From Octopus sinensis (lineage: Eukaryota): a DNA stretch of 64,000 nucleotides. The notes beneath the pieces are model-generated. The model searched no databases, was not told the DNA's origin, and saw nothing but the letters and a program-made list of their open reading frames with translations. This document shows positions 12,901-26,608 of this stretch, piece after piece (within the stretch, counting starts at the first letter, position 1; every line of letters starts with the position of its first letter). Both the position numbers and the translations under genes were made by a program. The DNA lies in NCBI RefSeq assembly GCF_006345805.1, contig NC_043009.1, positions 50,654,001 to 50,718,000 on the forward strand, written 5' to 3'.

Positions 12901-13206
12901 ACGTACGTATGTAGACACATACACACATTTACAAAAAGCATGCAGCTATAAATGCCTATTGTAGTGGCATGTGCAGGTGTATAGAGGAAGAATGATAATA
13001 TTAGTGAAACTTGATAGGTGATAAAGAAAGATGTATACTTGAAGTTATACAAAGCAACGAAGATATTCCGACAGGCGATGTGTGTGTACAAACACACATG
13101 GCCTGTCAGAACATCTATATATATATATTCATAGCCATACAAACAGCATGAACACATGCATTACACACGTACGCATACACTGAAACATGCGATAGGTCTG
13201 TAGGTG

Positions 13207-13208
<2 letters not shown>

Positions 13209-13260
<52 letters not shown>

Positions 13261-13271
13261 GTATATATATG

Positions 13272-13304
<33 letters not shown>

Positions 13305-13472
13305 GTATTATATATATATATATGTATATATATATGTATATATATATATGTATATTATATATGTATATATATATGTATATATATATGTGTATATATATAT
13401 ATATGTATATATATATATGTATATATATATATGTATATATATAATATGTATATATATATATATATAATATAT

Positions 13473-13504
<32 letters not shown>

Positions 13505-13543
13505 CATATATATATACATATATACATACATATATATACATAT

Positions 13544-13636
<93 letters not shown>
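13209..13636. repeat. Long (TA)n/(TATG)n plus (GA)n microsatellite
   Basis: Direct reading. Confidence 0.95.
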
Positions 13637-13641
<5 letters not shown>

Positions 13642-13970
13642 GAAAGGTAGTTTAGCAACGAGCATATCTGACACTGTATGCTGAAGATGTTCTGACAAAG
13701 AGTGCATTCATGTTAGGAATGCAACAGCCATGTGCATATCTCAAAATTTTAACAAGATACACTTGAAACGTCGTCGTCATCATCATCATCATCATCGTCA
13801 TCGTCATCATCGTCATCATCATCGTCATCATCATCATCATCGTCATCATCATTATCATTATAAATATCAGTTTCATTACCCTTCATTTTAGCATAGTTAA
13901 AACTCATGCTGATAGATAATGACTGAAAGTATATCCTAGCGCATTATAGAATCCATGATATATTCAAAGT

Positions 13971-14054
<84 letters not shown>

Positions 14055-14717
14055 AGATCATCGGCATATAGATGTTCACAGTGACAACTGCTCTTAAACT
14101 CCGGTGTTAACAATCAACACTAATATACACAGGAGCAGATGGAGATCAGAGCTTCGATGTCCATCTAAACTATACGCTAAACTTGTAACTAATACTCACC
14201 TTACTGACATCATCTCTATGTATGGCTTGCGCAGCCCTGACAATCCATTCATCTACAAGCTAGTTTCCTTAGCAACCACCACACTACAGAACGTGGTACT
14301 ACTCTGTCAAAGGCATTCACCAGTTTAACGAATTCTAGGCATAGTGACTTGCTCTTTGCGAAAACCTCCGTGGTTGTCCTACGAGAAAGAGAACATCTAT
14401 GATCGCCTCTTCTGATACAAATCCGGGCTGCGCCTCATCTAGGCTAATTTTTGTCCAAATCAAACGTTTTATCGTTGTCTATTACTTGGTCTACCTGTTA
14501 GATGTATCTGTAGTTGTTTCTTTAAAGAGCTTACCTTTCGACTTTCTAGCACCTGATTCAACGCCAAATAAATCATTAGAAATTACTCATTCCTGTACTA
14601 CCGATTTGACTATATAAGTAATTAGCATGTTACCTTTCGTAGGATATTTTCAGCATCTCAGCGACAACCCAGATGGTCCGGCTTCTTTATTTGGCTTCCT
14701 ATCTTTAACGTCTATAC

Positions 14718-14936
14718 CAGTGCTTTTCAAACTTTTTGCTGGAGCGGAACCCCAAGGAAACATTCCACTGGCTCGAGGAACCCCTGTGCAATAATTTAAT
14801 AGTCTTATGCACACGTATCTGTACAGGAGAATTAAAAATTACTGCCGATTTTAGCAGTTTTGTAACTTCTTGCGGAACCCCTGGACTGTACTGGCGGAAC
14901 CCTAAGGTTCCGCGGAACCCTGGTTGAAAACCACTG
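14718..14936. mobile_element. hAT (Charlie-like) MITE
   Basis: TIRs CAGTGCTTTTCAA / TTGAAAACCACTG; perfect 8-bp target site duplication GTCTATAC at 14710-14717 and 14937-14944; internal GGAACCC repeats. Confidence 0.92.
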
Positions 14937-15229
14937 GTCTATACACACCATGTACTTGTCAATTTCCAGGCCCGTCTCTTAGTTTTTATGGTCATCTATA
15001 ATTATACAGCAGTGTAACTTTCCTCTTGGCTAGAACCTTGATCCATTCACAGATCGAGTTTGTGGCTCATTTTAAGCTGTTTTGTAGAAACTTCTATATT
15101 ATAAATTTATTTTTTCCACTCCTCCTCAACATAAGCATCACCTAATACTTTGAACCCATACCTCGACATGGATTCTTTCAAGTTCCATGCCTTCTTTCTC
15201 CAGTCTATCTGATGTTCTAAGGTCCGTCG

Positions 15230-15700
15230 GGCTCTAATTCGAACGTAATTTAATCACGAAGTTCTTTGAGTCATAACATAGGAGTTCAAAACAAGACGTC
15301 TGTAGAAAATTTTGTATGCTATCGGCATACAAAAGTTCTCTTTGCTGAGTCTGTCAAAATTTAGAGAAGAAATTCCAAATCCTGAAACAAAACTTAACAG
15401 AGTGAGATCTTAAAATAAACCATCTGAAGACGAAAGTATTAGCGGAAAGAAGACAGAACTCTACTACCATTTCAGAAGTGATCAATAAACAAAACAAAAA
15501 AAAAAAAGGAGTAGGTAGAAATGCCTTACGGTGTACCAAATGATAACATAAGAGATTAAGTGGAATCACAAACAGGCTCACAGAGAAGGACTTCGTATGG
15601 AGATGAACAGGAAGTAATTCTTTCAAATGTTCAGAAAGCTCCTTAGAATTAGAGGATAGCTTCCGTTATGGACATGATCTAATTAGCAATTGACTGAGCT
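15230..15700 (+). pseudogene. Highly decayed LINE reverse-transcriptase remnant
   Basis: Fragments such as KVLFAES resemble the (Y)ADDxVLFAES region of RT; many stops and frameshifts. Confidence 0.3.
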
Positions 15701-16091
15701 TATCCCAAAAGCACTTTATTCAGTTTAAGAACAGAGCGAAGAAAGCTCGAGAGCTTTCACATCTGCTGGAAACAAAGAGATTCTCTTTCAGGGTGAAGAG
15801 CAGATTGCGAGGTGCTTGTGAATAAAGTGCGATGCTGCATTGTAGAGAAACATGAGCATCGAATACAGAGGATGTGCAAAGACAGGAAAGAAATGGGGCT
15901 CCGCTGGATGTTTAATGTTAGCGTGCATAACAAGAGGGCACAAATGAGTAGGGGTTTGAGAGGGGTAGGATGAAGTGTAGAAGACAAATGCAATGTGCGT
16001 GGAAGATGACAGTCAAGATAAAGAAGAGTCAAGTGATCCAAATAGAAGGAAACTGCAGAAAAGAAAAATCCCTCAAAACACAAAACTGTGA

Positions 16092-16490
16092 AGTGGCTGT
16101 GTGTTAAGTAGCTTGCTAACCAACCACATGGTTTCGGGTTCAGTCCCGCTGCGTGGCATCTTGGGCAAGTGTCTTCTGCTATAGCCCCGGGCCGACAAAT
16201 GCCTTGTGAGTGGATTTGGTAGACGGAAACTGAAAGAAGCCTGTCGTATATATGTATATATATATGTATGTGTGTGTGTTTGTGTGTCTGTGTTTGTCCC
16301 CCTAGCATTGCTTGACAACCGATGTTGGTGTGTTTATGGCCCCGTCGCTTAGCGGTTCGGCAAAAGAGACCGATAGAATAAGTACTGGGCTTACAAAGAA
16401 TAAGTCCCGGGGTCGATTTGCTTGACTAAAGGCGGTGCTCCAGCATGGCCGCAGTCAAATGACTGAAACAAATAAAAGAGTTAAAGAGTA
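16092..16490 (+). mobile_element. SINE family A
   Basis: Aligns with the 6273-6676 copy. Confidence 0.9.
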
Positions 16491-16641
16491 AAGCTGATCA
16501 CAAGAGGCTAGACCCAACGAAGGAGTTAACAAAAACCTATAAGTGATGAGATATTGCTGGAAGTTACCTGTTTAACCCTTGTATGTTTGGAAAAACAGAC
16601 GTATGATGAAGATGACAACGACGATGACAAGAACGACGATA

Positions 16642-16672
<31 letters not shown>

Positions 16673-16811
16673 AAGATTTAAAACACGATAAATCATGTCG
16701 ATATATAAGACTGGGAAAGGGTCATAGTTGAATGCATATCTTTAGACTGTGTGTGATGTCCATGATCAATTTTCTTTTCTTGATAAATTCTGAGATTATA
16801 ATATCTCTCTT

Positions 16812-17226
16812 TTCTCTTTATTCTTTTACTTGTTTCAGTCATTTGACTGCGGCCATGCTGGAGCACCGCCTTTAATCGAGCAACTCGACCCCGGGATTTA
16901 TTCTTTTGTAAGCCCAGTACTTATTCTATCGGTCTCTTTTTTGCCGAACCGCTAAGTAACGGGGACGTAAACACACCAGCATCGGTTGTCAAGCAATGCT
17001 AGGGGGACAAACACAGACACACAAACATACACGCACACACATATATATATATACATATATACGACGGGCTTCTTTCAGTTTCCGTCTACCAAATCCACTC
17101 ACAAGGCTTTGGTCGGCCCGAGGCTATAGCAGAAGACACTAGCCCAAGGTGCTATGCAGTGGGACTGAACCCGGAACCATGTGGTTGGTTAGCAAGCTAT
17201 TTACCACACAGCCACTCCTGCGCCTA
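16812..17226 (-). mobile_element. SINE family A, full length, inverted relative to the previous copy
   Basis: Reverse complement of the family A consensus, ending cagccactcctgcgcct. Confidence 0.9.
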
Positions 17227-17791
17227 TAATTGTTATGATATATAGAATAATTATAATATAATCATTATCATTAGTAATATTTAGTAAATTTACTAAATGA
17301 TCTTCATGTCAGGCATTGGCTTTCATCCACATGATTTCTTTAATAAATAAATATTGTTCCGTGGCATGAAGGAAATTCCTTTGTAATTCTAATCCGTTCT
17401 TTATGTCATATCAACTGGCCAAAGTATATTCTAATGTCATCTGTAATAGACTTCATATAAAAAGTATCCTTGATTAATATACTTAATATGTTACTGCATT
17501 CTTTAACATGAAAGTTGTCTGTTAAACACGAACTTATTTGCATATATCACTACATTATACATATATGATGAATATTTAAACGCATACATGGGCCAAAGTG
17601 TATGTGTGTATGCATGCACACACGCACACACGCGTGCGCCCACACACTCACACCCAACCACACACACATAAAGACTTTTCTTATAGAAATATCAATTTTC
17701 CTTTAACCATGATTTATAGAATAGTGATATTTTCGTATTGCATCACAATGCTATTCTCATGCAAGATGGTAAGAGGAAGAATATTAAGTTC

Positions 17792-17847
<56 letters not shown>

Positions 17848-18006
17848 GATGGAATAGGAGGGGGTGTTTATGATTACACATACATATTCATCTATGCTTC
17901 AGAATATTAATGTTTGACAATTACAGTTAGTTGTTACCTGAGACATAAAAGAAGGCATAATAAAATTAAGTTTCGCTATATATTTGAAGCCAAAGGTGAC
18001 AGATTA

Positions 18007-18063
<57 letters not shown>

Positions 18064-18193
18064 AATGCAGCACTCAATCACAAGTCTTGACAATCTATAC
18101 TCTCTGGAATATCGAGAAAAATTCGAAGACCAATGGAGCAGAAATTCCAGGTACATCACACTAAGACCTATATGTGGGTCTTACAAAAAGTAA

Positions 18194-18332
18194 CGGATCT
18201 TTTCCTTTTGAACGGCAGATGTCACCCATAATTATGGCCCTGGTATCGATCTATTGCATTTCAATCTATTTTAGGATTAGGGTGAGGGGTGGGGGGAGGG
18301 TATCTAGGGGGACAAACACAGACACACAAACA

Positions 18333-18420
<88 letters not shown>

Positions 18421-18588
18421 TATATACGACGGGCTTCTTTCAGTTTCCGTCTACCAAATCCACTCACAAGGCTTTGGTCGGCCCGAGGCTATAGTAGAAG
18501 ACACTTGCGCAAGGTGCCATGCAGTGGGACTGAACCCGAACCATGTGGTTGGTAAACAAGCTACTTACCACACAGCCACTTCTGCACC
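18194..18588 (-). mobile_element. Truncated MITE (left part of the 5169 family) abutting the 5' half of a family A SINE
   Basis: cggatcttttccttttgaacggcag..ggggagggtatct joins directly to agggggacaaacacag..cagccacttctgcacct. Confidence 0.75.
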
Positions 18589-20267
18589 TCCCGTAATTAT
18601 GTAAATATATTACAAGTTACCAGCAGCATTCACAGCAAACCTGAATTTTCCATAGTTTCTTCACAGGTGAGGGCACATAATGAATATATAAATGTAGTAT
18701 AGGTGGCAGTAGTTGTTATTCTCCAGTCGTCTAAACGGTTGCATTCTACATTACTGCAGTTGCACAAGGACATGAGTTCACATACACATACATACATACA
18801 CACAATGGTTTTATGCCTACTTTTCTATATTGGCATGAGCAGGATGGACTTTTGAGGCAGTGTTTTATGGTCAGATGCCCTCTCTAATACTAACTCATTT
18901 AGTTGTCACCTATGACATGCTGGAATGTGGAGCACCTCTTCTAAAATTCAGGATACACCTGGAATGTGTGGACGTTGGCGTGTGTGTGTGTAACTAAATA
19001 GAGACAGACAAGATAGAAATAAGCAATATTCAGTATAGGACTCTAGGATGTTTCATTTACTTTTCCTTTCTTTTACTTTTCATTTTCCTTTTCATCTTTA
19101 GGCCATCCATATTTGTTAAAAAAAAAACATTATTTAGAAGCAAATTTTCTCTTTTGCTGTCAACAATTCCCTTTTTAATAAATTAGCTGCAGCTGAATTG
19201 CAATCTATGAAAAAAAAACTGTTATTCTACTAGAGACACACACACACACACACACACACATTTAAAATATGCACAGTGTGGAATTAAATAGAGGTAAAAT
19301 AAAATATCCAAATTAAAAAAAAGAACTGTTTAAATTTTCATGATCAAATCAAAACAAAAACCATTATGTACAAACATATATGCAAGTCTCTATGCTCTGT
19401 TTTTTAAATTGTAAAATATTCTAAATAAATTGACATTTTCTAATTAAATATACATACAAAGGAACTGTATGTGATAACCATATCAGTATGTGCAAAATCC
19501 ATAATGGCAGGGATTTAGCAAAGGAATAGTTTGTTTTTTCCAGCTTTATTTCTGCAGCAATTAAGCAGGGTTAATTATTAATTACTAAAAATCATTTTAA
19601 AGAGGAAAAATGATTAATTAGGTAATCAGAAACCAGAATTATGAAAAAAAAAAAAAAAAATCATTAAATTGCTCCAGATTAGGTAAGGCATTATTTTGAA
19701 ATACTGAATACAAGTTCAGTAATGATTTTGCCTGATATAACATGTCAGTGGGTTTTGGGTGGTATTAAATTAATATATAAATTTTTAAATGAATAACGAT
19801 ATAAAGACAGAATCACAGACATACACAAAAAAAAACAAAACCATTTAAATACACACAAGCTTACACATAGAAATAAACAAATAGAAATATAGACACATTC
19901 ACACACACACAAATACAGACATATACACAAACTCCAAAGCTTGAAATGTCAATAAACACAATATTTGATCATCAGCAAATAAAAAAAAATACATTAATAA
20001 AAGTACTCTGGATTAACTGACATCCAACAGACTGTATATTAATTACACTTATTTGATTCATTGTACATCAAATATAGGCCTTTCCTTCAACTATATGATT
20101 AAAAAACATAGAGAAATGGAAATAAAATACTAAAAGCAAAAGCAAAAACTCTAAGTGAAGGTTAACAAAGTAAATGATATAGTCAACTATGTTCTGTTGT
20201 CAAAAGTTTTGAGACCAGTAATTTATAATGATAATAATAAAGTTTTTGAGACCAGTAATTTATAATG

Positions 20268-20300
<33 letters not shown>

Positions 20301-20854
20301 GCCCTGATGCAGTACCAGGCAGTGGCTCTCATGGCTTCTGATCTTAACTGATTGGAAGTGTTATCATGTACATTGTTTTGTCTTGGTATAAAAGATGGGC
20401 TACAGCAAATATTCTGCTCAATACCACAGATTTGCTTGTCAGTTGTTTGACCGTAACCAGTTGAGCATGTCCCTTAGTGGCTGACGATATGTGCATCTCT
20501 GATCACGAGCAGAAGTAGTGGGGGAGCATCATAGCCATGTGTTGAGAGGGATTCTTTGGGGTTTGAATAATTCACCTCTGGAAACATGGGTGGTTCTTTC
20601 AACATCCTTAAACAACCCTTATTCAGGGACCGTTTGAGCGGGATGGGCTACTCAACCTGAAGAAAATTCTAACTGGGCCCCACCTGCAAGGTCATGTGCT
20701 GTTTATCTTGATATGAGATCACCATGTCGCGCACATATGGTTGTGATGCATGTGCCTGGTGTACCTTTATCAGACGGGTAGTCATGATGGGTATATTGGG
20801 CTTCGTATATTTTACCCCAGTGTCACTTTGATGGCATGAACTGCTCTCTCACTC
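20301..20854. mobile_element. 554-bp non-coding element inserted in a (TAA)n tract
   Basis: GC- and CpG-richer than its surroundings, with abrupt ends into (TAA)n on both sides; I recall this sequence as a high-copy octopus repeat but cannot verify it here. Confidence 0.65.
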
Positions 20855-20892
<38 letters not shown>

Positions 20893-21731
20893 TAAGATAT
20901 TTAATTTAAAACCAAACCATTGAGAAGAAAACAGTGTTAAAGAACAGGCTTGTATCTTGACTGGTATTTTGAATGAAATGCTTTTAATGCTAAAACATAA
21001 CCATTAATACAGTTTAATGGAGATAGAAAAACAGACAATTTAGACAGGAAACAAAAACCCATCATCCTATTTTAGTTGTAGAAAATAAATTCTCGTTGCA
21101 CCTGGCAGTAAAAATTAGTCAAGAGAAAAAAAGAGAAGAGTGTGTATGTGTTTGTATAATCAGAGTTAAAGGACAGGAAAAGGTGATGAATGATCCTTCT
21201 ATGTTTTAAAAAAAACTGAGATGATGAAAGCCTACCAAAAACACACCTGTATGTATGTAGCTGTAGGTGGATGAGTATCATACAAGGTGGGTGGGATTAG
21301 GTTGTAATTGACACAAAATAGTTTGTGTTTGTTTCTCTAATTATTATTTCCTTTTTTTTTTTTTTGTATCTATGTATTTCTCGAATTAGACACACATCTA
21401 TACCTTGGTCCAGTCTTGTAGCAATTAGCCAAGTCTAAATATTGTCGTGACAGCTTGTCAGGTACAATTTGACAGACCATCATCACAAACTTCAGCACCA
21501 ACTTACAATAACAGACTGCCTGCTGTCACACTCTTCAAGCTCAGCAGTCTGGTTCATGCTTGTCGAGAAAGAAACAGGAAGGAATCAAACAAACAGAGCT
21601 GAAGTAATTAACAGTAAAAATTATGTACTTCCTAACTCTGAATAATTTACAAGCATAGATATGTGTGTGTGTGTGTAGGTGTGTGTATGCATGTATGTGT
21701 GTGCATGTATAAATATGTTATGTATGAGTAT

Positions 21732-21927
21732 GTGACCTCGTGTGTACCGTTGGCGATTGTTTTTCCTCTGTCTTCCCTTCTCTGGATCTTTCCTTCTCCT
21801 ATGTTTCCGACAAAGAGCTCTGCTCGAAACGTTAAATCCTCCTTCTTTCCTGAGCGTCCAATAATACTATATTTGTTCCACGTTCTCGCGTTGTTGTGTT
21901 TTTTTGTGCTTTCTTGTTTGGATTAAC
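21732..21927 (+). mobile_element. Penelope-like terminal-repeat element with minimal hammerhead motif (copy 2)
   Basis: GTTT-CcGACaA-AGAGC-tct-GCTC-GAAA-CGT-T-AAAT at 21803-21837; homologous to 7518-7713; followed by (TA)n. Confidence 0.65.
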
Positions 21928-23689
21928 TATATATATATACATATTCTATAACTGGTTTTAGTCATTTGACTGTGGCCATGCTAGAACATCAGGTCACATT
22001 TCTGCTCACTGATAACACCATAACCTACTATTAATATTCTAATCCTGATAAAAAGCTGTTTTTTGATAATATGCTTAATATAAAAGAATTGTACTTAGTC
22101 TACATATTTCAGTATGTAAAAATCACAACAGCTCAAAACACATAGAACCTCTCATGTGCCTACCCTTCATAGTGCCACCTAACATTACTTGCTCCTTTAT
22201 GAGCTCACAATGCCCTAAAGGAGGCATTGTCACTCAAGTTAAAAATCACTGCTTTATGACAATCGCAAAAAGTTTTATTGATATTTTATACTAAAACTTA
22301 TAAATCAAGCTTAGTTTTATATTTTTAGGATATTAGACTAAATATTATTGTTAAATTGCTAAATGCTAAAAGATAGAAGTGAGTATTACATTTTATTTTT
22401 AACTTCAACCCAAGGAGAATTACTGTAATAGCTATAATTTTATTGTGTTTAAGGGGTTTTGAACTCAGATTCATGCGAGAAAAACAGCAAATATTTCCAG
22501 CACAATATTTTATCTATACCAAATTCATAGATGTATAAAATAAATTTTATAGTAATAATAATTTCATACAATATGAAAACATTTTCAGATTTACAGTGAA
22601 AAAAGAAAATTATCCATTTCATATTAGCTGTATCTTACATCTGCTAGTGCTCACAGAATGAGAAGAATTATCAACACAAAATTACTGGATCTACAAGTCA
22701 CATATCTTTGAAGTACTTTTAGAGCAAGTGTTTTACAGGGAGATGTCAAAACTACAACTAATTAATCAACCATTGAGAAAAGTACTAACAAAAATATAAA
22801 CAGTAAGAAGCTAGTAAGTCGATTACTACAAGCAAGATAATCTTATCACATAAAACTTCCTCCTAGAATTTCATCTCATTCCCTATTCTTGTTACCTGTA
22901 ACTTGCATAAATCTTTCCATTAAAAGTTTTAATTTGACAATTCCACTTAACTAAGATACTAGCGCCACTTTAGAAAAAGGAAAAGTCAAAAAGAAACAAA
23001 GGCAAACATTAATATTTTAGTAGCAAAGAGCACTTTAAAAGAATTCCTACTTTATCCAGAGCGACATATCAAACAAATCTTTCTGAATCTCTGCAAGTAA
23101 CTAGCTCTGCATAGTTAAGGTGCACAGCTTTCATATGTTTTATAGTACCTTTTCATCTTCAATGTGGATAGATAGATATTTCATACAACCAAAGCATCAG
23201 ATACTTAATTAGAAACTCACATCTCACAAAGCTTTGTAATGTCAGAGGCAGCTGGTTGGTGGATTCCAAAAGAAAGAGCAGCTACGTTTAAGAAAAACAG
23301 AATAAACAAATCAGAATCAACGAAAATGATGAAGAAAACACTGAAGTTAATCTGATCAAATCTGGTTTTATGTGATGCACATTCACATTACTTTTATTCT
23401 GACTCAATTTAGAGATAGCATGCTTCCGTTATGAAAATAGAACTATATATAATAATAAGAGAGCTTATCAATTTTTAACTAGCCATCTTATAACTTACCA
23501 AACATCAAAACATAGGACCCACTTCGCAAAATTGCAACTCCAAATGACATATAGTTTCTATATTAGAAATCTAAGTTTATAGTAAACATTTAACTTTATT
23601 CCCATTATATAGAAAGACATATTAAATTTAGAGATGCAGGCATTATTTAAGAGTCACTTCATTTTGAAAAACTGCTGGAAGTCAGGGGC

Positions 23690-24935
23690 AATTCTAAAAG
23701 AAGGACTTGTCACTTAACCTGTTCTATGTAGCAACAAAATCTGCTGCACTTGACATTTGTGAATATAGAGAAAGATCTTGGTAGGATCTTTCACTGCCAC
23801 TTCTGGTGGTCACTGTTGAAGCTAAGGATAGATGAGTGGCTAGTGAGAGCTGTCCAATCCATGTACAGGGACGCAGTCAGTAAAAGTGAAAGTCAGTAAT
23901 GAGTATAGCAACGAATTTAGTATGCAGGTTGGAGTTCACCAAGGATCAGTTCTCTGTTCCCTCTTGTTTATCATAGTCCTCCAGGCAGTGATAAACAAGG
24001 AAATTAAAATTGGTTACCCATGGGAGCTTCTCTATGCTGATGACCTTGTTCTTATGGCTGAATTTCTAGAAGAATTAGAGAAGAAATTTCAGGTGTGTGG
24101 AAGCAAGGCCAAGAATCAAAGAGCCTCGGAGTTAATTTACCAAACACCTAAATATTAGAAGCAGGAAAGCAGACAAATTACTAATCCCTTCAAGGAAACG
24201 TCTCTGCTTGATATGTAGAAAATGTGTACATAGAAATTCCATAGTGTACCCAGTGCAAGCTATGGACACATAAGAGGACCAGTGGAATTGCAGGAAGGTT
24301 AACAAGAAAAGTAATCTTTGTATGAAGCAAATATGCAGGAACAAGAAACACTAAGAACATATGGGAAACAGATTTCCTCAAAGTCTCAGGAATATCCTTT
24401 GAAGTAGTAGTTGCTTTCTATACGTATGTGACCAAATTAGCAGTTGAGGAGGATGCTCTAAAAGCATAGTTGCTAGAATAAGAACAGGCTGGGAAAGGTT
24501 CTGAGAGCTATTACCTTTGTTGGTAATAAAGGGCTTCTCTTTCAGAGTACGATACCTGTGTACAAACAGCTAGTTTACATTGTAGTGAAAATGGGCTATG
24601 AATGCAGAGAACATGCTGAGGTTAAGAGGAATGAAGTGCAATATCAGTTTGCATGTATGGCAAAGAGTGTTTGAGGAAAAAATTGGGTATAAAAGGCATT
24701 ACATGTAGTGTGCAAGAGAGAACACTGCATGCAAGGTCATGTGATGCATATGAAAGAAAGACAGTTGTATAAAGAAGTACCAATTTAGTCTTCATAAGAA
24801 TGTGCCAATCTCTAAATGTGGAAGGAAACTGTGGAAGACAAAGAGCTGGGAAGTGATGGATGAAGGGGTGAGAAATGATCATCAGATGTTGAGCCTCACA
24901 GAGGAGATGACAAAGGACCAAGACAATCAGCAATT
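23690..24935 (+). pseudogene. Decayed RTE-like LINE, reverse-transcriptase region
   Basis: ORF 23886-24158 contains QVGVHQGSVLCSLLFIIVLQ and WELLYADDLVLMAE; frameshifted remnants follow. Confidence 0.88.
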
Positions 24936-24999
24936 TGCTGTGCTTGAGAAGACCTGACCACCTAAATAAAATTCAGGCCAAAAAGTCATATCCTTTTTG

Positions 25000-25450
25000 T
25001 CCACACTCCTACACACAATCTGTCCCTGACAATTGTGTGTTCATGTATGTGTGTGTGTGCATCACATGCCATTTTCCCAACACCTTCCACCTACCCACGT
25101 CTACTACTTGTTGGATTCTTCCTTCTATCTTCTCACTCCCCACCCCACAAATCCACCTGCACACTATATCCCTGTCATATTTCTTTCTCAAATTATCCTC
25201 CAAACCACCCCTCCCCCTATCTGTGCTATATCACTACATTCCTTTGCGCTCCGTTTCCCACTCTCCTTTTGCAACCTTATGAGCTTACATGCCTATTCAC
25301 TAAATTCAAACCCCAACCCATCAGATCTTCACCATCCTGTCTTTCTCCTCTCTTTCCAACTGAGGTAGCCATGTATCTCCTCTGCAGCAAGACACCTATT
25401 TCTGGCCCTCTTTTCATACTCTAAGTTCTCATCATCTGGCACAAGGCCAG
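25000..25450 (-). pseudogene. Second RTE-like fragment in opposite orientation
   Basis: Minus ORF contains RDIVCRWICGVG, typical of the RTE C-terminal RWMCGV motif. Confidence 0.45.
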
Positions 25451-25664
25451 CTCCTCTCATCATCCTCCTCCTCATCATTATTACTTAAACATAGCACAGC
25501 CACAATAAAAACATAAATAATCAGAGCTACAATACAAATGTTTGATACAAAATATGCTGAATACTTTTACCCTACTTGTCTTAAGTGCCATATCTATGAG
25601 TTGCTGCTAAAATTTTGATCTGTTGTCATTGCAATGTTACTTCCTTCTTTGGGCTCTTAATTCC

Positions 25665-25763
25665 CAAAAGAGTTGTAGGAGTGCTGTTCCAAAGGATTTG
25701 TAGGAGCACTGTCCCAAAGGAGTTGTAAAAGCTCTGTCCTCAAGGAGTTGCAGGAACACTGTT
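25665..25763. repeat. About 25-bp minisatellite, four diverged units
   Basis: caaaagagttgtaggagtgctgttc / caaaggatttgtaggagcactgtcc / caaaggagttgtaaaagctctgtcct / caaggagttgcaggaacactgtt. Confidence 0.8.
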
Positions 25764-26527
25764 ATGGCATATAGCATGTCTTGAACACTTTTTAAACCTG
25801 GTGGAACCCATCACTCACTAGGTCAGAACACAACTAGTTTCTTCCAAAAAGAAAGGAAGTCAGAAAAATAGTAAAAAGAAGTCAACTCCAGTACTAAACT
25901 AGTACTTTATTCATCAACCCCAAAATTAACCTAGGCAGGATTTGAACTTAGAGAGTAGAAACTTACAACAAATATCAGAATGTAGTCTATCTGATGTTCT
26001 GATGATTCTGCCAAAATGACACCTCTATTGTGCTTCAGGCTTGCAATAAAACCCAGCAATAAAAACAACCCAACTACAATGAAATTACTAAGAGCTTAAT
26101 TTATTGAACATTTGAAGCTAAAATATAAAAAATGTCAATCAACACATTAAACAAATTAAAAAATGTTGTACACACTTTGTTATACTCAGTATAAAGATTG
26201 TGTGCACAAGATAAAAAAGGACTAAATTTTGAAAAAATTTTTCATAATTTAGTCATAATCTATTTGGCATGATATTTTCAAAGTGGAAGATTAAGTTTGG
26301 GAAATCTTACTAATGGAGTTGTTACACTTAAAGAAATCACAATCCATCTTAAACCACCCAACTAGTCTGTCAGTTCCGCTACTTCTGCAATATGTTTTCT
26401 ACATTCACATTGTTTACTATTACCAATATTAAGTTGGCACACTAAGGAATTCAATCTTCAGACAAGTTTCATTACCATTTCTTTGTATTTGTTCTTTAAG
26501 CATTGTCTCATCACTTTTTCACATGAT

Positions 26528-26608
26528 TTACAGTATATTTTTTTTACGAAAAGCAATTGACTTATTTTCACTTTTATCATTCATGGCTGTTATCAAATTT
26601 TCAATAGA
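26528..26608 (-). CDS. Candidate terminal coding exon (SIENLITAMNDKSENKSIAFRKKNIL*)
   Basis: tag acceptor at 26609-26611; phase 0 matches the 28820 exon; TAA at 26528-26530; minus-strand AATAAA near 26100. An alternative AG 8 nt upstream gives FDSLLKI*. Confidence 0.25.
   Translation of the reverse strand, partial: SIENLITAMNDKSENKSIAFRKKNIL

Noticed and set aside
21400-23270. Further candidate exons near 21.5, 22.65, 23.05 and 23.2 kb
   Set aside because: Plausible splice sites, but several frames and both strands read equally well; cannot be distinguished from chance.
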